In this document: positions 20,801 to 32,271 of the stretch, one piece after another | Layout: every line of letters begins with the position of its first letter | Numbering within the stretch: position 1 is the stretch's first letter | NCBI GenBank assembly: GCA_003614145.1 | Contig: KZ987742.1 | Span: 1-33,182 of the forward strand | Length of the DNA: 33,182 nucleotides | From: Piptocephalis cylindrospora | Lineage: Eukaryota | Direction: 5' to 3' | Made by a program: the position numbers and the translations under genes | Notes under the pieces: generated by a model | The model's database searches: none | The model's input: only the letters and a program-made list of their open reading frames with translations | What the model was told of the DNA's origin: nothing

Positions 20801-21513
20801 CGTCATCATCATCGTCATCGTCATCATCATCATCATAATCCCTCTCATCATCATCCTCGTTCGCCCCATCCACCTCATGATCCTCAACAGTGGTGGAGGG
20901 TTGAGTGGAAGATAATCCAAGGCCCTTTAAGAAACCATTCACATCCAAAGTTAGCTTGGCCTGTGAAGATGAGAGAAGGATTAGTGGGATAGTCCCCAGA
21001 TCGACAGAGTAAAAGGCCATTCACTCCTCACCCTAAGCCGCTTACCATCTCTTCTTTGGGGATGGACTTTCCGTTATCCACACGAGTCTCCTGCTCGTCT
21101 TCCTCATCCTCGGATCCGATGAGCTGTACATCATCGGTGGAGCCGCCCAAATCAAGGATCTCTTGGACAAGCCTTGGATCCATCTTGAGTACTGGCGCGC
21201 TCTGAATCTCCTTAATCTTGTTAGATCGATCCCTCTTCCCATTGGTCTTTTTCTTACTGTCCTTCTTTCCATCTTGGTTGTCTGTTGGGACACTGGTCTG
21301 GACTGTCTTTGGCTGAAGTGTGTTACTCGTCTGATTGTTCTTCTTGATAGACTTGATCGCCTTTTCCGTCGTTGGAGCGATGTTGGCGGCTGTAACGGGG
21401 GTGCTCTTGACTGAGGTCTTACCTCCTCCTGGTGCAACACCACTATCACCGTTCGCGGCCTTGTGCATTCGCGCAGCAATACGCGCTTTGAGTTTTTCCG
21501 CGGCCGTTGACAT
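17861..21513 (-). CDS. MAK21: Ribosome biogenesis protein Mak21/Noc1 (CBF/CEBPZ family), ~1076 aa; exons 21513-21046, 20960-20718, 20657-19576, 19500-18957, 18834-18042, 17961-17861
   Basis: SGTMSDKVSAL, LLPDRKL, KPEQEQNLLALLVNKLGD, HPNMK, LTGINRAFPF, YDGFKRDP, FHPSV, HTLTHFLDKFVYRNPKK, DEVFFHKYF, acidic tail, terminal KKRKKVALPTFASFDDYA. Five GT-AG introns, in frame. Confidence 0.95.
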
Positions 21514-21987
21514 GAGGAAGAAGGTCAAGGGGGGACGAGGATGGGATGGGGGTGGAGGTAAGGGAGAAAGGGAAGAGGGTATGAGAGGAGACTGATGTTG
21601 CAACCCAATCTTCTCGCTCTCTATCTCCTTCCTCTCCCCCAATACCTCTGGGTGGGGGAGAAGAGGTGGTTGTCCCTCATCAGCCTCCTATTGTCCCTCC
21701 TCTGGGCAAAGTGTGTGGGTCAGACGGGAAAAAAAGAAGTAAAACACTAGTGTGCAGAGGCTGAAGATTGTGGAGGGGAGGCGACGTCTGCAGGTGGGGA
21801 ATGATCTGCCTCACTTGGCTTTACCAGCCCACAGAAATGCCCTCGCCGCTCAATGTGAAATTCGACTGATTTTAACCACTTTTCACCGTTTCCTAGAATA
21901 GAGCGTGCATACTTGGCGGAGATGAATACAGGCCAGTGACCTTAGCTGGGCTAACCAGGGTAAAAGCTACCCCATCCCTTGAGGCCT

Positions 21988-22013
21988 CACACACACACAC
22001 ACACACACACACA
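21988..22013. repeat. (CA)13 microsatellite
   Basis: Uninterrupted CA run in the MAK21-RPN1 divergent intergenic region. Confidence 0.9.
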
Positions 22014-22567
22014 GTGTTGCCCAAGTGTGATCCCGCCTCACTCTCAAAGGTAGGGGAAAAGGACATGGCGAGACGCTTTGAAATCGTCATCCCTTCAGAC
22101 CGACCCACGCCTACCAAAAAGCGGTTTGTCACCCTGGACAAGACACATCCATCTATTCCCGTCACTATCAACTCTTCCGGGCGCGGCTTTAGCGCGCGCC
22201 AGGCAAACTTAAGGCCAGCGGAGACTAGCCCTCTCGAACACACACTCACACTCATCCTCCCATCCACCTGCAGCCCGCCTGCCCGCACACACACGTCGCT
22301 GCTACCGCGGGGAGGTCGTAGACGAAGAGGGAGACGACGACATCGTCGCATCCCTCCCTCCATACTCTTGTATCCACGGCCTTGTCACTCTCACCATCCA
22401 GTTCTCATCCTGATCTTTCTTTCTTTACTTCCCTCCACTCTCCTCCCTTCTTCCCATCCATCCCATCCTTCTCTCCCCTTTCCTCCCCTTTCCTCCCCTT
22501 TTTCCTTTCCCCCACTCATCCTCACTACCCCCCATTCGTCCCATCCCTAGCCTATTCGTTGTGAAAC

Positions 22568-25500
22568 ATGGTGGCTCGTAAGGATCAACCAGAACCCGCG
22601 GATAAGTCCACCGGAGCTTCCTCCTCTTCTGATAGCAAAAACAATGATAAGAGTAAAGATAATTCCTCCTTCCCTGCCAAGAACCAAGGCAAGAAGGATA
22701 AAAATGCCGAGAGTTCAGATCTCTCCGAGGAGGATGAGCAGCTAAAGGGCGAGTTGGAGATGCTGGTGGAGAGATTGTCGGAACCTGACACCTCTCTGTA
22801 TGCTCCATCTCTCGAGGCACTTCGTTCCCTGATCCGTACATCCACTTCCTCCATGACCTCGGTGCCCAAGCCCCTCAAGTTTCTCCGTCCTCATTATGGA
22901 CGTCTCCGTCGTCAGCATGGTACCTGGGCCTCCGGATCTGATCGTCAGGCCCTTGCTGATATCCTCTCCGTCCTAGCCATGACCTACTCGGCTGAGGATG
23001 AGGAGGAGAGGAAGAAGAAGAAGGAGAAGAAGGAGCAAGAGGAGGCCAAGAAGCAAAAAGAAGGAAAGGATCAGGAAGAGTCCGAAGAGGCGAAAAAGTC
23101 CGGGTCCGATGAGGCTTCTCGTTTGGAAAAGGACAGGGACATCACCATGGAGGACAGTGAGGAGGATCTTGGTCCTGTTATCCGCGAGAGTCTTCGGTAC
23201 CGCTTCCTCGGTACCCAGGAGGACCCTGGAAGCTGGGGACATGAGTATGTTCGGCATCTGGCCGCCGAAATTGGACAGCAGTACGCTGTACTGATCGAGG
23301 AAGAGGAGGAAGAGGAGGAACAGGAGGGGGAGGAGGCCCAACAGGGAGAGGATATAAAGATGAAGGAGGAGAGGGAGGGCCAGGAATATCAGACGGAAAA
23401 GCTTCTGGAACTGGCTCTCGTCCTAGTCCCCTACTTCCTCCAGCATAATGCTGAGCCCGAGGCCGTTGACCTTCTCCTCGAGCTCGAGGCCATTGACCGT
23501 ATCGTCCCCCACGTCGATAAGGATAACTTTGAGCGCGTGTGCCTCTACATCCTCGGTTGCGTCCACTACCTTCCCTTCCCTGAGGATACCGAGTGCCTTC
23601 GTACCGCTCATCGTATCTACCGATCCCAGGACCGATACTTTGATGCCATGAAGATCTCCATCCGTCTGGATTATCCCAAGATGATCCGGGAAGACTGGGA
23701 TGCTTGCAAGGATAGGTGAGCCCCCTTTTTCTGTCCATAGGAGTACACGCTTCCTTGTGGTCGGAGAGGCATATAGTAGCAGTCGACTCATCCTCTCCCT
23801 TCCCTGATATTCATTAGTAAATTGAGGGTACAAATGGCCTTTTTACTTGCTCGTCAGCGTCTTCAACTTCCCTCAGCCTCCGAAGGGATGGAGGAAGGGG
23901 CGACAGAGCAGGAGGGAGGAGAGGGGGAGGCTGTGGAACAGGCTCTTGCCGGTACCAATCTTTCCAGGCATTACGTGGCCCTGGCCAAGGAGCTGGACGT
24001 GTTTACGGGCAAGAAACCCGAGGATATCTACAAGACCCATCTGGAGAATGTTCGACCTGGGTGGGGCGGGACAGGAGGGGCCGAAGGTACCGGGGTAGAT
24101 TCTGCCCGACAAAACCTGGCCTCCTCGATTGTCAATGGCTTCCTCAATGCCGGTTATGGAAATGATCCATTGATCGCGGCGGCTGGCAATGACAATGCCT
24201 GGATCTACCGGAATAAGGATATGGGGATGATGAGCGCTACGGCGTCCGTTGGCCTCATCCACCTCTGGAACCTGGACCAGGGTCTTGAAGCCCTCGACAC
24301 GTATTTGTACTCCACGGAGGATAGCGTCAAAGCCGGTGCTTTCCTTGCCCTTGGCCTCCTCAACAGTGGGATTCAGAGTGAGGAGGATCCGGCTCTGGCC
24401 CTTCTCGGAGACTCCCTATCCCAGGAGGGGATTCCGGCCATGACCCGGGTCGCCTCCATTGCCGGTTTAGGTCTGGCTTATGCTGGAACTCGGAAGGAGG
24501 AGGTTCTTGATCTTCTCCTTCCCATCCTTGGGGACAGTGGGGTCTCCCTGGAGATTACCGCCTTTACGGCCCTTTCCCTCGGTCAGATCTTTGCTGGAAG
24601 TGCGCATGGAGAGGTGGCCAGCTCTATCCTTCAAGTCCTCCTTGAGCTCGAGGAAGCCAAGTATGGGGAGGATGGGGATGGGGCAGATGAAGACCACGGT
24701 AAGGATACTGCGATGGAAGAGGGAGGGGATGAGGAGGGAGGCAACAAGGATCAGAATCAGCAGACTGTTCAGGACAAGGATGAGAGGATGTACGGTCGAT
24801 TCCTCGCCCTTGGTCTGGCCCTCCTCTACCTCGGGAAGCAGGAAGAGGCTGAGACGACGGTGGAAACACTTCGGGCCTTCAAGCACCCTCTTGCTGGAGT
24901 CACCCGTGTTCTTGTGGATGTGTGCGCGTATGCCGGGACTGGAAATGTCCTCAAGGTTCAGGAGATGCTCCATATATGCACGGATCACATTGTCGATGGA
25001 GAGGATGAGGGGACGACGGAGGAGGATGGGGCCGGTGAGGAGGGAGGAGCTGGCGGTGAGGAGGGGGGCTCCTCCCGGATTGAGGGAGGCATGGAGGAGG
25101 GAGACGACGAGGCTTCCTCCACCATCGTCCAGGGTAAGCAGTCTTCCTCGGGCAAGAAGGCGGACTCCCAGATTCCTAGATCTGATAGGCCCCAGGCCGT
25201 TGCGGTCCTTGGCATTGCCCTCCTCGCCATGGGGGAGGAGGTGAGTGGGGAGATGTCGGTCAGGGCTTTTAACCATCTGATGCACTATGGTGAGCCGGTG
25301 ATCCGTCGGTCCGTCCCCCTGGCCCTTGGTATCCTCCACGCCTCCAATCCCAGGGCTCATACCCTGGATACACTGAGTAAGTACTCCCATGACTCGGACC
25401 TGCATGTGGCAGTCAATGCCATCTTTGCCATGGGCCTTGTTGGTGCCGGGAGCAATCACGCTCGGTTAGCCCAGATGCTTCGGGGCCTTGCAGCCTACTA

Positions 25501-25993
25501 CCATAAAGACCCGGATTGCCTTTTCATGGTTCGAATCTCTCAGGGCCTGCTTCACATGGCCAAGGGCACCTGTTCCCTGGGTCCCTACTACTCCAACCGG
25601 GAGATTATGTCACCTGCCGCCATTGCTGGCCTCCTCTCTACGGTCATATCCTTCCTCGATGGGGACAACTTGATTCTCGGGAAGAATTACCACTGGATGC
25701 TCTATCAATTGGTCAGTGCCATCCATCCCAGGTTCCTCATTACCCTGGACGAGGAGACCCTGGAACCCAAGCCTGTGACTGTGCGAGTGGGTCAGGCGGT
25801 GGACACGGTGGGTCAGGCTGGGAAGCCCAAGTCGATCACAGGATTCCAGACCCACACAACTCCGGTTCTCCTTGGACACTCGGAACGGGCTGAGCTCGGG
25901 ACCAATGAGTACCTTCCTCTCTCCTCCAATCTTGAAGGGTTTGTCCTTCTTCGGAAGAACCCTGAGTACTTTGAAGAGGATGAGGATCAATGA
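22568..25993 (+). CDS. RPN1: 26S proteasome regulatory subunit Rpn1, ~1107 aa; exons 22568-23715 and 23818-25993
   Basis: LSEEDEQLKGELEMLVERL, RTSTSSMTSVPKPLKFLRPHY, WGHEYVRHLA, HNAEPEAVDLL, VDSARQNLAS, AYAGTGNVLKVQ, GQAGKPKSITGFQTHTTPVLL. Intron 23716-23817 (GTGAGC...TAG). Confidence 0.98.
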
Positions 25994-26286
25994 GGAGGGG
26001 GATGATGGGATGATCAAGTGTGGTATTTGGGAAAGGGGAGAGGGGAGGGTTGGAAGGGAAAATGAATGATGCAATTTGATCTCGTGGGTTCTTTACTGTT
26101 TCTACTTTTGTGCATATCGTTCTCATTTCCAATTCATCATGGGTAACGTGAAATAAAGCGGACTCATCTGTTTCCATTGTCTGTACTGTGTATGTCATTT
26201 TTCAGGACACGATTGGTTGACGGATAAAACAGATTTGCTTCTCTCTTATCATCCCATCCCATCTTAGACTACGGCTACGGCTACGA

Positions 26287-26707
26287 CTACTCGTTGAACA
26301 GCTTCTGGACACGCTTCATCACCCCATCCTTAGAGGGATCATAGGGATGGTCCTTGGAGGGAACCTCGAGAAGGGCGGGGAAGGCTTGGGCATAGGTATC
26401 GACAAGAGGACGGATGTGGTCGGCGACGTGCTGGTTGATTAGAAGAATGGCAATGTCCTTCCGGGAGGTGAAGGAACGGAAGGAGTCCTCAATCTGTGTG
26501 GGGGAAGTTTTCGGGTCGACGACGAGGAAGTTTGCGTTTTGGTGGGCGTCCATATGACCAATCCCAGCGAGGAGAAGACCGGTGACGGTGTCCTAGAGAG
26601 GGGGGGGTGGGAGGATAAGTATATGGATTGAGACTGAGGTGGTGGCACTGGAAGAAAGAGGATACCTCGTCGCCAATGACGGCTATAAAGCTACGTTGCG
26701 TAGACAT
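26287..26707 (-). CDS. VMA7: V-type ATPase subunit F, 115 aa; exons 26707-26666 and 26592-26287
   Basis: [20 protein letters not shown] across intron 26665-26593; [29 protein letters not shown]. Confidence 0.97.
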
Positions 26708-27063
26708 GGAGAGGAGTGTGGTGGGAAGGACTGGGGATGTTGAGAAGGAGGGGGGGGGAGAGGAAGGAAAGGTTTAGAGTTTAAGGATTCTGGAGAGTGC
26801 TCGTGGTGTAAAAGGTTGGTGTGGAGTGGTCCTTTTAAGGGGGGGAGAGAGGAAGGATGGAATCCATCTACTGTGAGGGCTCTTGTGTTTAGAACCCCGA
26901 CCCGCTGACCTGACCCGTTCCAACGGATCCCCTTCATCTCCATTACACCCGACCACCACCTATATTTACTACCACTCTTGTCTAGTACCACCGCTGTTGC
27001 AACGTGTTGTTATCACTGGATCCTGGTCTTCCTTTGCTTTTATATCTTGTTTTTCCTTTCAGC

Positions 27064-27436
27064 ATGAACTCTACCCTCCAAGCTACGGAGAGAAGAGCAA
27101 GAGTTGCAGCCTTACGAGTAGATGTCCTGGAGGAGTATGAAACCTTGAATGTTCACCTGAACGAGGTAAGTGGGCTTGGTTCTCGCGGCTGTTATCTCTA
27201 TTCTCAATCGTCTCTTTGTCCAGATGTCCAAGGCCATCAGAGAGGTTGCCACAGAGGATATTCCAGTCTTGACGGATCAGCTGCGGGAAATTGAACGCAA
27301 GTTCACCCTGGTTTACACACTCTTCCGATCTTCCATCTATGATGTAGCTTTCCGGACTGATGCTACCCGGCCCTCCCTAGGGCTTGGACTATCCCCTCCA
27401 CGGGGAGGAAATCATCGACCAGCCTTCCCGTGGTAG
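27064..27436 (+). CDS. DAD3: DASH/Dam1 complex subunit Dad3, ~104 aa; exons 27064-27165 and 27224-27436
   Basis: VLEEYETLNVHLNE|MSKAI...DQLREIERKFTLVYTLFRSSIY matches the Dad3 pattern (VL.EY..L..N...LR.LERK..LV.TL.K.SVY). Intron 27166-27223 (GTAAGT...CAG). Confidence 0.8.
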
Positions 27437-27641
27437 AGGATCTTTTGATGCTGGATGAACCGTGTCTGTTGAGGAGAACAGCTTGTACGCCATGGATCTG
27501 CGTGTGTCATGTGTGTATACCTGGGGAAAGAAGGAGGAGGTTGCCTGAAATACAAATAAAGTGTATCCTGAAAGATAGCCATTGTATTCCTACATGCCAG
27601 CGTCGACCCAGAAAACCCATCATTGTACAAACAGCCAGGTC

Positions 27642-28280
27642 TTAGTTGTCCTCCTCTCCTTCAAGCTGGCTCATAATACGATCAAGCGTCGGCCAGTCCC
27701 AAGGGAGCTTGTTTAGGATGGGGTCATCCTTGGATGCATTGATAAATACATCAGCCAGTTGATCTTGTCTCTCCTTTATCGCCTTATCCATTTCCCGGTT
27801 CGTCCGACGCTGAGACCGGTATTGTTCTTGAAGGGCATCAGCAGCCCTTTTATCCTGCTCTTGCTCTTTCTGGGCCCTGTGTACCCTTTCCATCCATTGT
27901 CTCTCAATCTGTCTTGCCTTCTCCAGTAGATCCAGGTATTCTGGCAAATGAGTGATGGATGTTGTCATGGGGGTGCATGGGTGATCCATCGTGTCTTCTA
28001 ACCTCTCCTCCTTCTCATTATCATCATCCTTCTCATCATCATACTCACCATCATCATACTCACCATCATCATCATCATCCTCATCATCATCATCATCCTC
28101 CTCACTTTCATTATCCGAAGAATTGCTCAGATGGTAATCCTCATCATCTGACTCGTCCTCATCCTCCTCATCAATAGGGAGGGCCATGGAGGGTTGGGCG
28201 ACCCTTCGTCGCTTCACTACCCTTGACGCGGGTCCTGACTCCATATCTCCTAAAGGAGTTTGGGATGAGCGGCCTGACAT
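27642..28280 (-). CDS. Hypothetical protein, 212 aa (basic NLS-like motif, acidic tract, C-terminal coiled coil)
   Basis: Open frame with KRRRV, a D/E-rich segment and a charged helical region LEKARQIERQWMERV...KERQDQLADVF; no family recognised. Confidence 0.7.
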   Translation of the reverse strand: MSGRSSQTPLGDMESGPASRVVKRRRVAQPSMALPIDEEDEDESDDEDYHLSNSSDNESEEDDDDDEDDDDDGEYDDGEYDDEKDDDNEKEERLEDTMDHPCTPMTTSITHLPEYLDLLEKARQIERQWMERVHRAQKEQEQDKRAADALQEQYRSQRRTNREMDKAIKERQDQLADVFINASKDDPILNKLPWDWPTLDRIMSQLEGEEDN

Positions 28281-28851
28281 GCTGGTTAGGTCTATATCTC
28301 TCGCACTATGCTAGTTTCAATGAAGTGTAAGTAGGTCGACGATGAGGTCGGTGATGAAGGATAGGTTGGGGTGGGAAAAGAAAGAAGAGGGGTACATCTT
28401 GTACGTCTCGATGAATCCCGGTGTTGGGAAAAGCAGCCACAGTATATGCATCATCCAAAAAATGTAAACACACATCGTCATTCGTTCTTTCCCTATGGCC
28501 CTTGGGCCAGCCCCCCTCCCTTTTATGTATCATGGCCCCACATCACAGAGTGTTTTCTCCAGCATGTGCGTCACACACACAATCCCCCTCAATAGAATGC
28601 AAGAAGGGGAGGGGGAGTGCTTCCAGAGCCTGCATCGCGTGTGATGTGCCGCGCTTTCCCACATCCATAATGCTCTCCCACGGTACCCACACAAAGTAAG
28701 ATTCGTCTAGGGGTAGGGGGGGAGATACTACTGACCTTAGGTTCCTAGATCAATCCCACTCGCTGACAAACCAACACATAAAACAACAGGGGGCAAGGAG
28801 CCAATGAAGTGAAAGGCAAGATAGTCTTCAGAGGAACACAGACAAGGAGAA

Positions 28852-30624
28852 TCAGGTCATACTAGCCTTGCGACAGGGATGGCATAGTTTGTATGCCCCG
28901 ATACACCGTGTACCCAGGAGAGAGGAGGCATGGGCCTTCCGATGGGCTACGAGCCGGGGATACGTGTTCTCGTACATGAGTCGAGCAATATCTTCCCTGG
29001 CCTGAAAGAGGACATAAGCATCATCCGGGGCCTTTGAAGGACCAAAGACCTCGTTCAGGTCCTTACGCGTTCCTGAGGGCAGGTTGACCTCGAGTTCCGA
29101 TCCGGGTCGGATAAAGAGTTCATGGATGGCGCCCAGCTCCGCCCGCACCATGGATTGCACATCATATACGTCGGCCAGAGTGTGGGCCGAGTGCAGATGT
29201 AGGGCAGAGAGGTGGATGAGACGGGTAACTCGTTCATAGAACAGCACATTCTCTACACTGAACTCGCGTACAGCAAAGGCCCGAAGCTCAGCTAGCTCTT
29301 CCGGATCATGGAGGAATTCCTGGAAGCTGCCCCAATCTAGGAACTCGGTAGCCCGGTTTGGTCGTCTCCTCAGAGCTTCGTAAACAGGGACCCCGACCTG
29401 GATATGCAAGAGACACATCAGGGCTGTCACCACGAAGAGAGGCCCAGGGATCAGCTTGGATAGGGCGCGGACGGGTCCACGGTCGTAAAACATGTCCACG
29501 GCACAGCTGACCAGATACCCCGCCGCCCCCACCATCACCGACATGTCCATCTCCAGTCGGATGCCAAATGCATCGTCCACTCCACGGATCATCAAGGAGG
29601 TGGGGAGGAGACAAAGGAAACCGAGGAAGGTGAGGGAGTACAGAGGTAGGAGCTCCCAGCCCGCTTGACATCGTCGCTTTTCTGGGGAATATCGAGTCGA
29701 GTTGATTTGGACCAGGGTGAGCATACTCAGCTGGCAAAAGATGAAAAAGAGAAGAAGTCCGGTGAGGAATCGATCGCCCACCCGATTGGAGGCCCGGACG
29801 AGCGCACGATCCACCCGGCCCCGAAAGGAGGTCCCCTCATATCGTCCAGCCATGCCCTCGACGGGATGATGGTACGAGTTGGACCGGTGAATTCGGGAAT
29901 TCGCCCACCGGGCTGATGATACCCCGGAAAGTAGGGTATTGTTAGGGGTTGGCAGAGGCGGCCTCGACGAAGGTTGGGAGGAGGTGGGGGAGGGTGGGGA
30001 CGAGAGGGACCGGGGGAAGGAGGATCTGGAGGAGCCCGAATTAAAGGAGGGGGAGGGGGAGCTAGAGCGGGAGAGGGATGAAGAGGTGATGGAGATAGGG
30101 ATGGGCTGAGAGCATCGGGAGCAGGACCCAGAGCTGGCACTACCATCCTCTGTCGCATCCAACCTCATGGGTCTTCCCTGACTAGGGGTCACGACAACGG
30201 AAGGGGGGATGAACGCGTCGGAGGGCGAGGGGGGTGGGGAGGCTGGGGACCGTGGGTGGTGAAACCGATGGACTGGTCTAGTCGAGGGGATGGACCGATG
30301 GTAGTCCAAGAGATGGACTCGACCGGATCGAAAGAGGATGGCCAGTCGAATAAGTCTGACCGTAAAGAGGAGCATCATAAAGGGAAGACACAGTGTGGAG
30401 ATCCACAAGATGATGAAACATGGGATGGTGCCTGGGAAGGAGAGTCGAAGGAGCTGCACATTCACCATGCCCAGACATGCCAGGGTTTGCACCGCCACCA
30501 ATCTCGGACTCCGTGGGGCAATGTGTGATCGGGTCCGGTAGTGCAAGAGGAGGCTGGTGGCCGTGAGGATGTAGATGTTAAAGAGGATGCACACTGTAAA
30601 GTACAGCGAACTGGATGTTTTCAT
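28852..30624 (-). CDS. 7TM-RGS protein (GprK/AtRGS1-like architecture), 590 aa, intronless
   Basis: Seven hydrophobic segments with RSPRL, IPCFIILW and DAFGIRLE motifs. C-terminal RGS domain FQEFLHDPEELAELRAFAVREFSVENVLFY...LFIRPGSELEVNL...AREDIARLMYENTYPRL. ATG at 30624. Confidence 0.9.
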   Translation of the reverse strand: MKTSSSLYFTVCILFNIYILTATSLLLHYRTRSHIAPRSPRLVAVQTLACLGMVNVQLLRLSFPGTIPCFIILWISTLCLPFMMLLFTVRLIRLAILFRSGRVHLLDYHRSIPSTRPVHRFHHPRSPASPPPSPSDAFIPPSVVVTPSQGRPMRLDATEDGSASSGSCSRCSQPIPISITSSSLSRSSSPSPSFNSGSSRSSFPRSLSSPPSPTSSQPSSRPPLPTPNNTLLSGVSSARWANSRIHRSNSYHHPVEGMAGRYEGTSFRGRVDRALVRASNRVGDRFLTGLLLFFIFCQLSMLTLVQINSTRYSPEKRRCQAGWELLPLYSLTFLGFLCLLPTSLMIRGVDDAFGIRLEMDMSVMVGAAGYLVSCAVDMFYDRGPVRALSKLIPGPLFVVTALMCLLHIQVGVPVYEALRRRPNRATEFLDWGSFQEFLHDPEELAELRAFAVREFSVENVLFYERVTRLIHLSALHLHSAHTLADVYDVQSMVRAELGAIHELFIRPGSELEVNLPSGTRKDLNEVFGPSKAPDDAYVLFQAREDIARLMYENTYPRLVAHRKAHASSLLGTRCIGAYKLCHPCRKASMT

Positions 30625-31150
30625 GACGAGGGGTCGGAGTCGGAGAGGGTGATGTCGAAAGGTCAGATGAGTGAAGAAGCAAGATGGAAGGGAGGGAGAC
30701 GCGAACAAAATCTCTATGGGGTGCTGGGAAGGGGAAGGGAAGCCTGGTCCAACTTGCGCGGGAACCCGGAGGGAGAAGAGTGGAAATAGAGTAGACTGTC
30801 ACGTCGAGAACGAGGAACTGAGCAATATGAGAGGGAGAAGACAGAAGGAAAAAGCCCAGACTGAAGGGGATGGGCCAAGGAGCGGACGGAAGAACGGATC
30901 GTTAGGAAAGATGTGGGGAGAGAAGGGTGGAGGCAATGGAGAGCGTGTGGAAGAAAGGTGGGATGTTACGAAAGGTGAAGTGTAGGATGAAGGTGGGGAG
31001 GAAGTCAAGTAGGATCCTGAGGTTGTGCACACTCTTTATATCCTGGCTATGGCCTCTCCCTCCAGTTCCTCCCATCCTCAGGATCAAGATTGATCCAGAG
31101 GCGACTGTTGAGGTGTGGATGCTCTTCATTATCCCCCTGCCCCCCACATA

Positions 31151-31195
31151 CACACACAGACACACACAGACACACACAGACATACACAGACATAC
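31151..31195. repeat. 10-bp tandem repeat (caYacacaga) x ~4.5
   Basis: cacacacaga cacacacaga cacacacaga catacacaga catac. Confidence 0.8.
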
Positions 31196-32271
31196 GACTA
31201 ACCTGAGCCTCACATCGCAAGCTTGGTGTTGTGAGGACGGGGCAGGATGGACTGACCAGTAGCTTGGGGTCGTCGGAGTGAAATTTATCCTCACTGATCT
31301 CCACTTTAACAGGTGTTAATTGTCTTTCCATTGGTCATGGGCACGTGTACAACTCTGGAGGAAGAATAGTTGAATTCTGTGGGGAAACATTTCCTTCTTC
31401 TAGAGGGGCCCCCTAAGGAGATGTGTCTCCTATCGTCCGGATCATCCAATGTTTGACTTGACTAAGCAATGCCCCAAGGCACCCAGGAAGATGAATTGGG
31501 GCACATCATGATGGAATAGAATGGATGAGGGAGGGGGAGAGGGGGATCAAATAGGATGAGTGAATGGGGGGATGATAGGGCAAGATCCGCATCAGATAAG
31601 GAGGTGATAGGTAGTGGTGCATTCTGTAGCACTCTCTCTATCTCTTCCCCTCCCCTTCTCTCTCTCCCTCTCTCTCTCTCTCCATCCCATTTTAGCCTTT
31701 TAACAGGTGAATAGACTACATAGAGAAAATAATAATAGTCCCATCTTTTTTCATACCTGATGGGAATGATATACTCGGTGGGACCGGCATCCCCAATGGT
31801 GAATATCCCTTTCTTGACGATCCTACCCTTCGCTGTGCGCGCCTCTTCAAGTGAGCACCATTGTCTAGAAGACCCCCATGGCGAGGTCTAGGAGATCCCT
31901 TCCAATAGGAACATATTCGCTCCTCATTCTACCCCACTTGCATTTTGGGGAGCAAGTAAAGATTTGTTTTCCTGATGTGACCATTCTCTGGACATAGTGG
32001 ATGACCACTTTGCTGTCAGGATGCTGTTCATGTTGCCCGCTCCCTGCTAGTACACTGCCATTTCCCTGCTCATTCACTGCTGTCAGCACGACCACCGTAC
32101 TATCCAGATATGGCCATCACAACCCTCATGTCCCCCTTCACGACCTTTTATGGGCCGTACGCGTCGGAGATAAAATTCCCAACGCGCATTCACTTTCCTT
32201 ACTCACTCCCCTGAACCTTCGCACCCTCCTTTCCTTTATCCCCCGTCTCCATCCTCACCCGTCTCCCCTCC

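Noticed and set aside
21893..22550. 204-aa (+) and 156-aa (-) ORFs between MAK21 and RPN1
   Set aside because: They run through a CA microsatellite and a CT-rich promoter tract; the translation is low-complexity with no motifs.
24467..25459. 330-aa antisense and 254-aa alternative-frame ORFs inside RPN1
   Set aside because: Shadow ORFs of a biased, low-complexity coding region.
30625..32271. Short ORFs or ncRNA in the 7TM-RGS/UGGT divergent spacer
   Set aside because: GA-, CA- and CT-rich low-complexity sequence; no tRNA, snRNA or convincing snoRNA box pattern seen by eye. An Infernal/Rfam scan would be decisive.
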